Below, piece after piece: positions 36,607 to 47,778 of a DNA stretch of 61,421 nucleotides. The notes beneath the pieces were generated by a model. It was not told where the DNA came from. It was given only the letters and a program-made list of their open reading frames with translations, and ran no database searches. This stretch comes from Chrysochromulina tobinii (Eukaryota), in assembly GCA_001275005.1 (NCBI GenBank), contig JWZX01002777.1, forward strand, positions 1-61,421, in the 5' to 3' direction. The stretch's first letter is position 1. Each line of letters begins with the position of its first letter. Position numbers and translations under genes: made by a program.

Positions 36607-36716
36607 TACCGGTAAAAGACACCGGGGGGAGCCGGGACACACACGGGACACACGGGACACGCGGGCGCACATACCGGTACCGGTACCGGTAAAAGACACC
36701 GGGGGGAGCCGGGACA
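36607..36716 (-). promoter_or_regulatory. Upstream dispersed element (two copies of TGTCCCGGCTCCCCCCGGTGTCTTTTACCGGTA)
   Basis: The same motif recurs at 38416, 45228, 47982 and 50068, each 5' of a gene start. The regulatory role is inferred. Confidence 0.55.
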
Positions 36717-37093
36717 CACTCACGGTACCGGTACGTGCAGGTACCGGTACAAGAAGACACGGGGGAGCAATTTGCGGGGGAGCCGGAGGAATTCAAATCA
36801 GATTGACTGTCAGTTTAGTTCTATTCAGTTCTTTCTCGGGCGCTAGTAAACCGAACAATACCACTCACGCCTCACGGCTACACGGCTGTACATATCGATA
36901 GAGCGGAACCGGGTGCGCGCCGTGCTCGACTGTGTATCAAGTATACGCTTTTCTTGATAACCTCTCCACGACCGGGACCGCGGGGACCGGACGGGACGCT
37001 GCATTCGCCCAGACACACAAATTTTACACGGGGGGGAATGGCAGTAACCTAGATTCTCTCAGCTCCTAGACTAGACTGATCTCAGTCGGCACG

Positions 37094-38350
37094 TCAGCGG
37101 GCAGGAATGGGGGCGCGCGAGAGCGACGAGGGCGGCAGTGAGGGCGCCACCGAGTCAGACTCGTCGGCATGTGAGCTGGCCGTAGCATTCCCCCAATCGC
37201 ATCGCTCTGTCAAGCGGTGGCCTGTGCGTCGGACGAGAGAGCAGCGCAGGCCGTCCCCGACGTCGGTCCAGGCACTCTCGTTCGGCAGCACACGGCACAA
37301 GCTTACGTGGCCACTCTCCGGGTTAGTTGGAGGCCATCTGAAACGGGCTCCAGCCCGCACCCCTTCACGGCGCCGGTTCACAAGACCACTTCGGTTCTGC
37401 AGCAATAAACCTGACCCATACCTGGCGCCCGTTGTGTCGTTCCCAATCAGCCCGCCGCCCACCACCCACATCTCCGACGTCCATCCAGGGTAGGAGCTTG
37501 GATACTTGAGCTTGTCATCCGAGAAGCGGAAGAAGGAACGCATGGCGTAGTCAAACGCGCAACTCCGCCGGTAACACTTTTCAGCGCAAATCAGGTTATT
37601 GGCCTCGTCCGTTGAGCAGACCAGGTCGTGGTAAAAGGTGCGTGCGTGCGTCCTCGTCACGGCATACGCAAGTGTGCATAAGGCGTTGCAGCGTGGCCCG
37701 CGCAGCAATCCACTCGACATCCCGCCGAACCGAGATTGGGATTGGTTGCTGGCGCAACCCGGGCCGCAATGGCCAATGTACAGGCCTATTCGGCGCTCCT
37801 TGACTGCTATAACCGTGGCCGCAGCCCGCCGGATGATATGCGAGGCCTGTGCGGGCGAGACAGCAAAGTGGAGCATGACGTCGTCCTCGAGAATGAGGCC
37901 CCACTCATACTTGCTGAGCGCCAGCATTCTGAGCGCACGCTCGTGACTGAGCCCGAGCGCAACTTCAAACGGGGTTGTTCCGAGCATCGTGGATCCAGTC
38001 TCGTTAACCCGTTGGCATCCAAACGCAGCGGCAATCTGATCTTCTTTGGTGGCGAAGTTCAGCGGCCGCGAGGCTTGGACAGGCACCACATCCATGCCCA
38101 GCGCCTTTGCAACGGCTACCGTCCTGGCAAACATACCGCCGTTGCTGCCGGTTGTGATGATGAAGGCTGCCCAACTGTCCGTCTGTTCGTCTTTGTGTGG
38201 CAGCAGCTCAAGTTCTGCGAGCGACGCGATGGTTTCGTCAAGCGATGGAAATGCTCTTCGTTCCCTCTCAACCTCTCCCTCACGAGTCGCATTCCAGTCA
38301 CGACGATGGTAACCAAGTATGGCAGTCAGCGTCAGCATGCCCGCCACCAC
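37094..38350 (-). CDS. Glycosyltransferase family 25-like protein
   Basis: EVALGLSH..AL......YEWGLILEDDV and LCTLAYAVTR motifs. Intronless. Confidence 0.8.
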   Translation of the reverse strand: MVAGMLTLTAILGYHRRDWNATREGEVERERRAFPSLDETIASLAELELLPHKDEQTDSWAAFIITTGSNGGMFARTVAVAKALGMDVVPVQASRPLNFATKEDQIAAAFGCQRVNETGSTMLGTTPFEVALGLSHERALRMLALSKYEWGLILEDDVMLHFAVSPAQASHIIRRAAATVIAVKERRIGLYIGHCGPGCASNQSQSRFGGMSSGLLRGPRCNALCTLAYAVTRTHARTFYHDLVCSTDEANNLICAEKCYRRSCAFDYAMRSFFRFSDDKLKYPSSYPGWTSEMWVVGGGLIGNDTTGARYGSGLLLQNRSGLVNRRREGVRAGARFRWPPTNPESGHVSLCRVLPNESAWTDVGDGLRCSLVRRTGHRLTERCDWGNATASSHADESDSVAPSLPPSSLSRAPIPAR

Positions 38351-38526
38351 GAACAGCGAGCCCTCGCCCGGGCGCGCGCAGAGCGCGGTCAGCGGGCGTT
38401 TCAGTCAAATACCGGTACCGGTAAAAAGACACCGGTATCTCAAAAACCTGCCCGACGCGCAACGCCCTCTCCGCTCCGCTGAGCCTCGATCCTCTGACCG
38501 ACCTCACCTTTCGGACACCATTCAGC

Positions 38527-40491
38527 ATGGAAGCCATGGCGGCTCATAATTCGGGCTGTGTCGCCTTGTTTCCAGAACCGCCACAGTTTGTGACACTGCC
38601 GGAGTGTCCCACAGGGAAGCCGCGTTGTGTCATCCGTAACGTCGACGGCACTTGGTCGCGACCAGATAGGCTGGTGCACAAAGAAAACCTAATCGACTTC
38701 CCAAAACTGATCGACGTGCTCACCCCGTTTGGCATGCGGTACGTCGTGGACGCGGGTTCCAACGACGGCTTCTCCACATGGCTATTTGCACGCGCTTGGA
38801 GCAACGCAACGGTGTTGGCAATTGAGCCCAGCTTGGACAATTATGGGATGACATCGCTGAACACGCGATCGCTACCCAACGTTCGGGCCGTGCGCGCAGC
38901 ACTGTGGAACAACAGCTCGCGCCAGCTGCAACTGGCCGGGCAGCGCATGGGGGATTGGGCCATCATGGCGTTGGAACCGGGCTCAGTTCGCGGGAGGCAA
39001 CCACCAGTCATGGAGATGACACCGACGGTAGAGCTGGGCTCACTCATGCGAGCGGCTTGCTTCCCGCGCTTAGACTTTCTCAAGATGGATGTGGAGGGCG
39101 CTGAGAAGCACGTGTTAGCAGACAACCCCAATTGGCTGCGCTCCGTGCGCTTCTTCCAAGCAGAGTTCCACCCGAACGACTTACTTTTCTTGCCGGCCGT
39201 TCTTGGAGCTCTGCTGCGCGCGAACATGACCGTGCTCACGAATCCAACCCTCCAGCACCCCACCGCGCGCGGTGTCCGTGAGTGGGTCTTCTTCGGATGC
39301 GGCCACAGCGTGGCGAGTTTTGACTGCTTGGATGTGTGCACAAAATGGCGGAGCGGCACCGGTTTGCATTGCACTGTTGTTCTCCATCCGACAGACTACT
39401 GGGGCACGCCGCACCGTCGATCCGATTGCAGCCTGAGAGCGCCGTATGTGCGTGACGCACTCACCGCGTGCCTCGTTACGGCCGCAGACAACACGACCTC
39501 GCAGACGGCTGTAGAGGACACGGCCTTGCAGAACTGTTCTCTCCTGATCGTGGCGAGCGTGAGCAACCGCACGAATATCACATTGCACGATCGGAACCTG
39601 AGGAAGTTTGGGCCCGAGTGGAAGTGCGTCATGCTCACGTACTCGGAGCGCACCGATTTTCCGGAGAGGTGCGACGTCATCCGTCACTACAACACCTTCT
39701 GGGGTCAGATCCTCCACATGAGCCTAGGACAGATCTCCAACTACGGCTGTGGTACAAAGCTGCTCATGTTGGACGACGTCGACATTCTTGATCTCGACGT
39801 GCCACGTCTGCAGACTTTTGCGTCGCAGCACCGTCTTGATGTGGCTTCGCCGACAGTGTTGGGCGCAACTCAGCAATTGATGAGATTCACAAAGGATGGG
39901 CGAAGCCTTGAAACAGAACATCAATCGCGAAACAATACAGAAGCTGATGCTTACGAAGCGAGGTTGTCCTCGTTGCCTCGTGGCCAGTTCGTGGAACTCT
40001 ATGCGACCCTGCTTTCTCCACTGGCGTGGCTGACATTCTCGAAGCTGCTGGACTTGATGCCCAATGGCAAAGGGTGGGGTTACGACAAATGTCTCGGTAG
40101 GCATCTCGCCTCCGGAGTGGACACGAGCCAACATGTGTTGCACACAGGGTCTCGCGTGTTAGCATTTGCTAGTGGCAGGTTCGCGGCTTCGCTCAGGAGA
40201 GAGCGCGACGAGCTCTCGAGGACGTGCACTATGGAGTGGTTCAAGCGCATCCAGCCCGCGGCGCTCATGGCGGCGGCGGCGAGCACCAGCAACGCAAAGA
40301 GCGCGTCGAAGGACAGCTTGCCCACGGAAGCGCTCGCTGATGCGGAGCTGACTCGGTGGGTTGTCACGCCGGGGCAGACTGTCCCAAAGGTCACGACTCG
40401 GGGGGCCCACGGCACCTTTGAGCGGTACGAGTCCAGCGACATGGAGCTGACGTGGTTGACAGGCGACATCGCAAAAGGCAATAAGTTGTGA
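38527..40491 (+). CDS. FkbM-family methyltransferase fused to DUF707-like GT domain
   Basis: VVDAGSNDG, VLAIEP..DNY and LDFLKMDVEGAE (FkbM). LLMLDDVDI...LDVASP...FVELYA...GWGYD (DUF707-like). Confidence 0.85.
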   Translation: MEAMAAHNSGCVALFPEPPQFVTLPECPTGKPRCVIRNVDGTWSRPDRLVHKENLIDFPKLIDVLTPFGMRYVVDAGSNDGFSTWLFARAWSNATVLAIEPSLDNYGMTSLNTRSLPNVRAVRAALWNNSSRQLQLAGQRMGDWAIMALEPGSVRGRQPPVMEMTPTVELGSLMRAACFPRLDFLKMDVEGAEKHVLADNPNWLRSVRFFQAEFHPNDLLFLPAVLGALLRANMTVLTNPTLQHPTARGVREWVFFGCGHSVASFDCLDVCTKWRSGTGLHCTVVLHPTDYWGTPHRRSDCSLRAPYVRDALTACLVTAADNTTSQTAVEDTALQNCSLLIVASVSNRTNITLHDRNLRKFGPEWKCVMLTYSERTDFPERCDVIRHYNTFWGQILHMSLGQISNYGCGTKLLMLDDVDILDLDVPRLQTFASQHRLDVASPTVLGATQQLMRFTKDGRSLETEHQSRNNTEADAYEARLSSLPRGQFVELYATLLSPLAWLTFSKLLDLMPNGKGWGYDKCLGRHLASGVDTSQHVLHTGSRVLAFASGRFAASLRRERDELSRTCTMEWFKRIQPAALMAAAASTSNAKSASKDSLPTEALADAELTRWVVTPGQTVPKVTTRGAHGTFERYESSDMELTWLTGDIAKGNKL

Positions 40492-41448
40492 GAGCACGCC
40501 AAGAAGCCTGCGATCGTCGCGGCAGCTCAAACTTGGGTGAATTTCACAAGTCACATACCTGCCGGGCGTCCGGCACCGTCGCCAACGCAGCATCAAGACA
40601 AGGTGCTCTCGCACTTTCTCGTGCAAGGGCACATGGAGCCCATCGAACCGCTGCATGGCGTGGCGCGCCACCCGTTTGGGGTACCTGCTTGCGCAAAGAA
40701 CGCCACCGGCCACTCAACAGGCTTGTACGACATCACTTACTTGCTGCTTCACAACGACTGCAGCCATCAAAAAGGGATCAATGGGTGCTGCCAAAGCTTT
40801 GGGCCAAGGCCTCAGGGTTGCGTATGCCTACCAAAGCCTCGGGTACTGCTATTCGACATGGGTGCTTCGTCTGGGTTCAAAGGCATTCCGAGTGGGATAC
40901 TGACGTCGGTGGTTGAAGGTGGGGACTTATCCCCCTCGCTGCCGCTGTTCTGGAAGCTGTACAAGGACAGGTGCTTGGAGCCTGACGCTGTGTTTTGCTG
41001 GGAAACTGAGTTGGCTGGGAAACGGCGCCGGCGTGCTGCAGTGACGCATTCCGAATGGTGGGGTAACTTGGGTCCAGAGTTCCGGCACAAGGTCCGTTTC
41101 TTCGAAGTGCCCGTGATGGAGGGGGAGCTGCACGAGGCCATGGCAGGCATACACAACCCCAACTCGTTCCTTCAGATGCTTCAGTCCGTGGCCAGACCGG
41201 AAGACTTTGTCGCAGTGAAGCTCGACAGTGACACGCCGGCGATCGAGCAGACGATCATCGGGACCCTCACCCAACGCCCTGACCTCGCCGCGCTGATCGA
41301 CGAGCTATTCTTTGAGTACCACTTTCACTTCGACGCAAACATAGACTTCGGTTGGGGGGATGTCCCAGAGTCGATCAGCGTCGACGCGGCGCTCGCCACG
41401 ATGCACCGCCTGCGAGAGCTCGGCATCCGCGCACACTTTTGGATCTGA
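40492..41448 (+). CDS. SAM-dependent methyltransferase-like (FkbM-related) domain, in frame with the preceding ORF across one TGA
   Basis: EPIEPLHGVARHP, LLFDMGAS, FCWE, DFVAVKLDSD, LIDELFFEYH and LRELGIRAHFW motifs. The frame is open from 40492. Confidence 0.75.
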   Translation, partial: EHAKKPAIVAAAQTWVNFTSHIPAGRPAPSPTQHQDKVLSHFLVQGHMEPIEPLHGVARHPFGVPACAKNATGHSTGLYDITYLLLHNDCSHQKGINGCCQSFGPRPQGCVCLPKPRVLLFDMGASSGFKGIPSGILTSVVEGGDLSPSLPLFWKLYKDRCLEPDAVFCWETELAGKRRRRAAVTHSEWWGNLGPEFRHKVRFFEVPVMEGELHEAMAGIHNPNSFLQMLQSVARPEDFVAVKLDSDTPAIEQTIIGTLTQRPDLAALIDELFFEYHFHFDANIDFGWGDVPESISVDAALATMHRLRELGIRAHFWI

Positions 41449-41600
41449 TTTCTGAGCCCAACAGATCCGTGACTCACTCGAATGAGCTATAGTGTACGTT
41501 ACTTTACATTTAGGATGGACGGCTTTCTCTCTACAGTACTCTGTTGTAATTTTCTCGGCTACAGAGTACAGTATTTTCACCATTCTGCATACTGCATTCA

Positions 41601-44600
41601 TCAGTGCTTCTTTCCATTCTTCTGGTTCTTTTTCTTCTGACGTCCTCCGCCATCCCCGAGATCATTGCTCACTCCAAGCAGCGCTGGCCCGGATTCTTGC
41701 CGCACTTTCCCGCCCAGCAGAATCTCATCCAACGCCTGCTCATGTTTGTTGAGATCGGCCATGATATTCCGGGTCGCGCGCTGGCTCGAAGGAGTTTTCG
41801 AAATCACAGTCGTTTGTCGCACACCGTTCTTCATCCGCTTGAAGACGTAATGTTTCTTTGCTCGCACCATCTGCCAGCCTAGCTCCTCGAGTAAGTGCAT
41901 GACCGTGCGCACATCCTTCGGCTTGTGGCCGTCCCGGCCGGTGTGAGCCGGGTCCTCTCTTGGCACATCCGCGTAGCGAGGCGGCTCGGAACCAAAGGAG
42001 TGGTCTTCAAGCCGGTGGTGACCGTCGGCGGTGTCGAATGGGAATGTGAATGCTCGGAGAAACTGAGAAAGCAGGCGAGAGGTGAGAGGCATCACGATCA
42101 ATGGTCGCCAGTGGGCACGTCTTGGCATCGGCGGTCGGCGGTGGTCGTCGGGGGTTCGATGCTTGCGTGCGGCGCACGTCAATATTTGCAGGCTCCTCGT
42201 CCGCCCCCTCATCGTACACGGGAAGGCTGAGGAAGGCCTCTGCCTCCTGCAGCGTGCCCGGTAGTCGCACACTTTCCGCGTTGACAGTGTCGTCATTATC
42301 ATTGTCGTCGTTCCCCTCTTCTTCCTCAGCTTTCAAGAGCTCCTTCAGACGTTGGCGCGCGCGGGGCAGAGCCTCGGCGAACATTGTGCACTCGCGATAT
42401 TTCACAGCATCTAGCAGTGCCTCGCGCAGGCTTGTCGACGACGTCGCTGTCTCCAACGCCTTGAGCGCTGACAATTTTGGCATCTCTTCGTTCACGTGGG
42501 GCGCTTTCTCCTCCTGCCGCTGCTTCCGCCGCTGCGACAGCGGCGATTTCGGCTGGTGCTGCGTTCTGCCCGTGCCGCTCTGGCGGGTGGCGGTGTACCG
42601 CGAGCTCCTATGCTTCCAAAAGAAGAGGCCGCTCGAGGATCGGCCCTTCTTCGCAGCCTTGCGTGCCTGCTCGTTTGCCGTGAAGAGATCCTCGAGCAGG
42701 GCGGCCACCTCGTGCCTTCCGATGCGTTTGCGGTGCACGGCCTCAAAGTAGCGCCGTCGTGCTAGGCGTGCAAGCCAGACGTGCAGAGTGGCCTGGCATC
42801 GGACCTCTAGAGGCTCGAGCACACGCTCGAGCGCCGTCCGCCAGCCCAACCGCCGGCCGATCCAGCGCCGCCCGAGTGCAGCGTAGGACGCCGAGAGGAG
42901 CCGGTTGGCGGCTTCGGTGTCCGAATCCCCCTTCGCCAGGTCGCAGAAGCCGTTGCCGCAGGTGATACGCATGGTGCCATGGTGCGTCCAAGCTGCAAAA
43001 GCGAGGGCCAGGAGGCAGAGGAGCCTGAGACTCGCTGTGCCCAGGAATCTTGTGAACAAGGCATGCAATATGCCGTAGCACATGGATATAAGGAGCAGCC
43101 CATAGGTGACTGTGACGGTGATCGTGTAGGAGAGCGGGAGCGTGCCCAGTTTACGCATCTCGACTTCCCTAAGATGCTCATCAGCGCGCAGAAGGTCGGC
43201 TGCGCGGCGCGCTTGAGGTGCGGTGGGCACGCCCAAGTAGTGGCCTTTTGCCTCGACTATCAAGGGAGTGGGCGCGACCACCTCGTGCGGGTAAGAGCCG
43301 TCGCTGAGGCGCGGGACATGAGAGAGCCGAATGCGGAGCAGCTCGACATACGATGGCACGAAGGCGTCGATCTGGGCGATCACGGTCTCACGCGGCTCCT
43401 CGACCAACGACCGAGCCGTCCGCGGAGTACCGTTGAAGGGCACGGGCGCTTCGTAAGGTGCAAGGAGCACCTTACGTAGCCCGGCCGCGAGCTGCGCTGT
43501 GATCTCCTCCCGCCGTTTGATGACGAGGTCCATGTCGACGGTGCGCAGGGACTGAAGCAGCCCCGCCTCCATCGTGTCGAGATCGCCGGAAATGGCCAGT
43601 AGGTGCTCGAGAGAGACACCTCTCGCGCTCAGGACACGCTGCGGCTCGTCTGACGGCTCGTCTTCGGTCGACGCACGCTTCGCCAGCTCACGCAGTCGGC
43701 GAGCTCCCACCTTGGTGAGGCAGAACACATTGAGCTGCGCGAGGAAGAGGGAGCCCTTCGCCACATCACGTGGGAACAACGCAAGCGCTGACAGCTCCTC
43801 GTGCTGATGACGACGCCGTTGCGTGGCAGCACTCCGCAGTGGGAGCGGCTCGCCTACCCGGTACCTACAGCCCCCTCCTGCGGTCCACTCGTCGATGCGG
43901 AAGCTGAAGCCATTACATGGATCGAAGTTGAACAGAGCAAGGCCCTGATCGATGCCTCCTAAGCTGGAGTACGCGGAGCTCGCGTCCAGCGATGCGAATC
44001 CATCCCTCAGACCTAGCATAGTGTGGGAGTCGTACACCTTAGAGCGGACCGGGCGAAAACTGATGAACTCATCTTGCGGGCCCACCGTCGCCGGCTCGAA
44101 CCAAGCCCAAGGCAAAGCGAGCACCCCGAGGTGAGAAGCCAGATCGCGAATACCTATGACCTTGGTCGCGGTGTAGCACTTGAGTCTGAGTATCACTGGC
44201 CTGGTGGAACTGGATGCGTCGAAGACCAGGCTCAGGAATGCGCTGATGCTCTCCTTGTCCAGCGCTGCCAGATATTGCTTAGGTACGCCGAGAGCAACAG
44301 GACCAGCCTCCAGCGCTTCAGCGCAAGCAACGAGACTTTTGCACGTGAGGTGACCTGCACCAAGCCAGCGGAGGGAGCACTTGGACAGGTCCTCGACAAC
44401 ACGTTCCACGTGATCTGATTCCATGCCGAGCAGTAGGCCGACACCAAGTGCAGCCTCCGCTGGGCTGTCTGGGCTGTCAGGCAGCCGCAGCAACGGCAGG
44501 TTCACAGATGGACGCGACTCGCGACTCCGTGCGACCGCATCATATACGTCATGCAGGAGATCTTCGAGAAGCAAACTTTCTTTCGTGTGCACCATCTTGT

Positions 44601-44805
44601 AGCCCACATTCGACCGCTGCTCGGCCTCAATGCCCTCCTTCTGCCGCCGCTGCTCCGCCCGCTCTCGGTAGTCCTGCGCTAATTTATCGCGCTCTTTTCG
44701 AGCTTCCTCTTCCTCGCGTGCAATGGCCTTCTTCTGATAGACGTGCCACGCCGCGACACCGACCCCCAAGGAAACAGCACCTAGAAAAGCTTGAGGAGCG
44801 GGCAT
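41601..44805 (-). CDS. Large membrane protein with C-terminal HicA-like domain; intron 42177-42063
   Basis: 932-aa ORF with an N-terminal TM, a coiled coil and two more TMs. A phase-0 GT-AG intron joins ANID|FLRAF to an exon encoding LLEELGWQMVRAKKHYVFKR...TTVISKTPSS.RATRNIMADL. Confidence 0.7.
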
Positions 44806-44980
44806 TGGTAAGGGGTAGGTCAGGTCAATAGGTCAGTGACCTACCCCCTTAGCATGGGTGTGGTGGCGGTCCTAGTTTACCAAATATGGTACAAAGGTTC
44901 AGAATCCCTCTGCTGAGACTGGGGGGAGCTGTGGGGAGCGGTCGGCTCCGGGGTTGCGGCCGTTGAGTCGGCCGCTGATG

Positions 44981-45268
44981 CGGTCGTCGGCTCGTCGCAC
45001 GCACGGCCGTGCGTGTGGGTGCGTTGGTGGGTCGGGATGGTCGTGAGGTTCGTCTGTGTGAGTGCTGTCGAGTAAACACCTCTCTTTCCCCACAGCACGC
45101 TGTGACGCTCGGGCAATGCCGCTTCGCTTGTCTCTTCACTTGTGAACGAGAGGAGAGGTGTTTACTCGACAGGTGTGAGTGTGTCTTTTTACCCCGGTGT
45201 ATTTTAAACGGAACTGTACCGGTACAATGTCCCGGCTCCCCCCGGTGTCTTTTTACCGGTACCGGTAC
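44981..45268 (+). repeat. Modular upstream element (module 1 at ~45005-45056, ACCGGT module at 45228-45268)
   Basis: Both modules also occur, inverted and in the same order, at 48128-47982. Confidence 0.8.
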
Positions 45269-45291
45269 TTCACACCTCTTGTGCCCTTCAT

Positions 45292-46211
45292 ATGCTTGTT
45301 CTCTTGCCTTTGCTGTCACGTCGCTGACTGCCCACCGCCTTGACGCGGCAGCACGCGTACGCTCATGGCTCGAGTCGTCATCGGATCGCTCTATGCTCCC
45401 GCCTGAAGCGCTCTGCAAGGACGTCTGCTTCCGCGGAGATTTGGAAATTTCAAAGCTGCAGGGTCGTGACGCGTATGTGGCGGCTGCAACGCAGTGGCAC
45501 GCCGACTGCACGCGCGAGCTCGCATATTACCACACGGAGCTGCTGCGTTGCGACACACTTTCGACTACGTCCGACGAACTTGTGAGCTATCGCTGGCGCG
45601 CGCAATGGCACTCTGAGGCACAGCGGCCACTTCGCACATTGGCACGGCTTGTTGGCTGGCGCATAATCGAGTTCGATCTCGATCCTCAGGCGGTGAGCAC
45701 CTTCAGCTGGGCTGCGGTCTTCCAGCTGCTCTGGGCGGCGGCGCGCTCGGGCGAGCTCAAGCTCCCAGCCTCTGCTGTCGAGGGGCGTGCGGAGGTGCAC
45801 CTGGACACGGTGAGCGGTGTGGTGATCGCACACACCGAGACCCTGGACGGTGTTCGTGCTGCGGATGGCCGGCGCCTGCTCAACCGCAAGGTCGCTCAGG
45901 ATGTGGCCACTCTGCTTGATTTTCGGCGGCGGCCGGGCAGCGTGCCGAGCCCAGATGAGTGGGCTTCGGCCGTGTCCGCACGCGTCTTGCGCAGCGTGCC
46001 AGGCGCCGGGGTGCTCGACGTGGACCCAAACGAAGATCCCCGTGCCGTCGTAGCCTTCGCGACGCTCGTCGCCTCGGTCCTCGTCGTCTCAATAGCGGGC
46101 ATCGGAGACGAAACCGGCGTCTTTGGGCGCACAGCGTGCGACGAGGTGGTGGTGGCGGCCAGCGAGCTGGGCTTTGATCAGTGCGTGAGCGATCTCTTTC
46201 ATCGCGGATGA
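45292..46211 (+). CDS. DUF2358/SnoaL (NTF2-like) domain protein with C-terminal TM; 5' end apparently frameshifted
   Basis: DVCFRGDL...LQGRDAYV...YRWRAQW...EGRAEVHLD..SGVVIAHTE. The ATG at 45292 is one base out of frame with the hydrophobic leader. Confidence 0.6.
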
Positions 46212-46625
46212 CGATTGACGGTGACGATGAGCGGAGCGTCCAGCTCGCTCTGGCTGTGCTCAGTGCTGGTAATGAGTCATGAGTGATGTGGAAATTCTAT
46301 ATTGTAACCGGCCGTCTATCTCGGAAACATGCGTTCGTTCGTCGTTGGTCGTTCTGGACCGGAGCGGGTCCGGACCGCGGCACCCGCCCTCCCGCCGGCG
46401 GGATGCCCGCGGGACGCGTTCCCCGCGCTTGGCCAATTCACTTCGCCTCGGAAACAGTCCGTGCGGTGCGCGGGCCGCGGGGCCGCGCCGCGCGGGCGGA
46501 GGGGTGCGGGTGGCTGCGGAGGGTGTGTATTTCCTCAAGTTACGTCTGACGTCGCGATCGCCCCGCTCGGACCTCGGTCCAAAACATGCGCGACCGAAAA
46601 GCGCGGTACACGCGTACGCTGCGCA

Positions 46626-47771
46626 TCATGTTGGGCGCCTTACCCGCCTCAAGAGCACCACCTCAAACTCAGACTCACCGCTCCATCGCGACGTCATCCC
46701 ATACCGCGGCGCTCCGGGCACGCGCTCGACCTCCACGAAGGCCACGGACAGTGGCGGGCTTTGGATGGCGCCGATCGTGTGCGAGAGAGCGACCAGCGAG
46801 CCTGCATGGTCGCCGCCTCGACTGCCGCCCTCCGCGCACGACTCGTCACCGGCGTCGGGCGCTGTACTGGGCGCGATGGTCAGCCGCTCGAGTACTGACC
46901 ATAAGTGCTCCTGCCACTGTTCAAATTGCAACGCTGCGCCCAGGACCAGGTCAAACGGCCCAGGCCCGCCGTCGGCGATGGCGGCGGCGATGGACGCGTC
47001 GTCGTACCAGTCCAGCGGCTGCACGAGCACGTTGGTCAAACCCGCGAGCGCCGCGTTCGCGACAGCCAAAGCGAGAGAACGATTGGCCACATCGGTGGCG
47101 ACGGCAGAGATGCGATGGCGCCCGTCTGTCGCCCCGACGGCCGCCGCCGCAATGGCCACCGCACCGGTGCCCGTGCCCAGTTCGAGCACTCGAGTCAGCC
47201 CGTGTGGACGCGCCCACTTGGATCGCTGGCTCGGGTCGGCCACCCAGAGGCTCAGCAGGTAGCCTGCGGGCCAGAGGACGGTCGGCACGTCGAAGGGGCG
47301 CAGTAGACCATCCTGTTCGATGGACAGGAAACGTCCGGAAGGGAGTCGCACCTGCACAGCGATCTCGCGTAAAGCAGGCAGCCGCAGGTAGCTTCGAGAG
47401 CCGTTGCCCATGGCGCACGCGCAGTCGCACGAGCTGCGGTCGATCAGGCTTGAGCAGCAGAATTCCCACTGCTCATCTTGACACAAGACTCGTTTAGGCG
47501 TGGCTGCAATTCTATTTGCATACGTGCGGTGCGCTGAGGCTATGAGTGCCATAGCTTCGGGCCGTTCAAGCAGCGTATCGACGGCCGCACGCCACGCGGC
47601 AGCGCACTCGCTCGCGTCCACGTCGCCAGCCTCAGCCACGTTCGAGGACAATGGGCTGTGGAACCGAGCCGGCCGTGACGAGTGTGCTACGGCAGCCCTG
47701 CGTGCAGCGTAGAGGTCACCTCGCGCGATGTCCGCGGCAATGATGGTCGCGCACGACAGGGTCAGGGGCAT
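46626..47771 (-). CDS. Methyltransferase family 16 (METTL21/22-like seven-beta-strand methyltransferase)
   Basis: VLWPAGYLLSLW, RVLELGTGTG, VATD, LDW and FDLVLGA motifs. Confidence 0.85.
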   Translation of the reverse strand: MPLTLSCATIIAADIARGDLYAARRAAVAHSSRPARFHSPLSSNVAEAGDVDASECAAAWRAAVDTLLERPEAMALIASAHRTYANRIAATPKRVLCQDEQWEFCCSSLIDRSSCDCACAMGNGSRSYLRLPALREIAVQVRLPSGRFLSIEQDGLLRPFDVPTVLWPAGYLLSLWVADPSQRSKWARPHGLTRVLELGTGTGAVAIAAAAVGATDGRHRISAVATDVANRSLALAVANAALAGLTNVLVQPLDWYDDASIAAAIADGGPGPFDLVLGAALQFEQWQEHLWSVLERLTIAPSTAPDAGDESCAEGGSRGGDHAGSLVALSHTIGAIQSPPLSVAFVEVERVPGAPRYGMTSRWSGESEFEVVLLRRVRRPT

Positions 47772-47778
47772 TTGCGTA

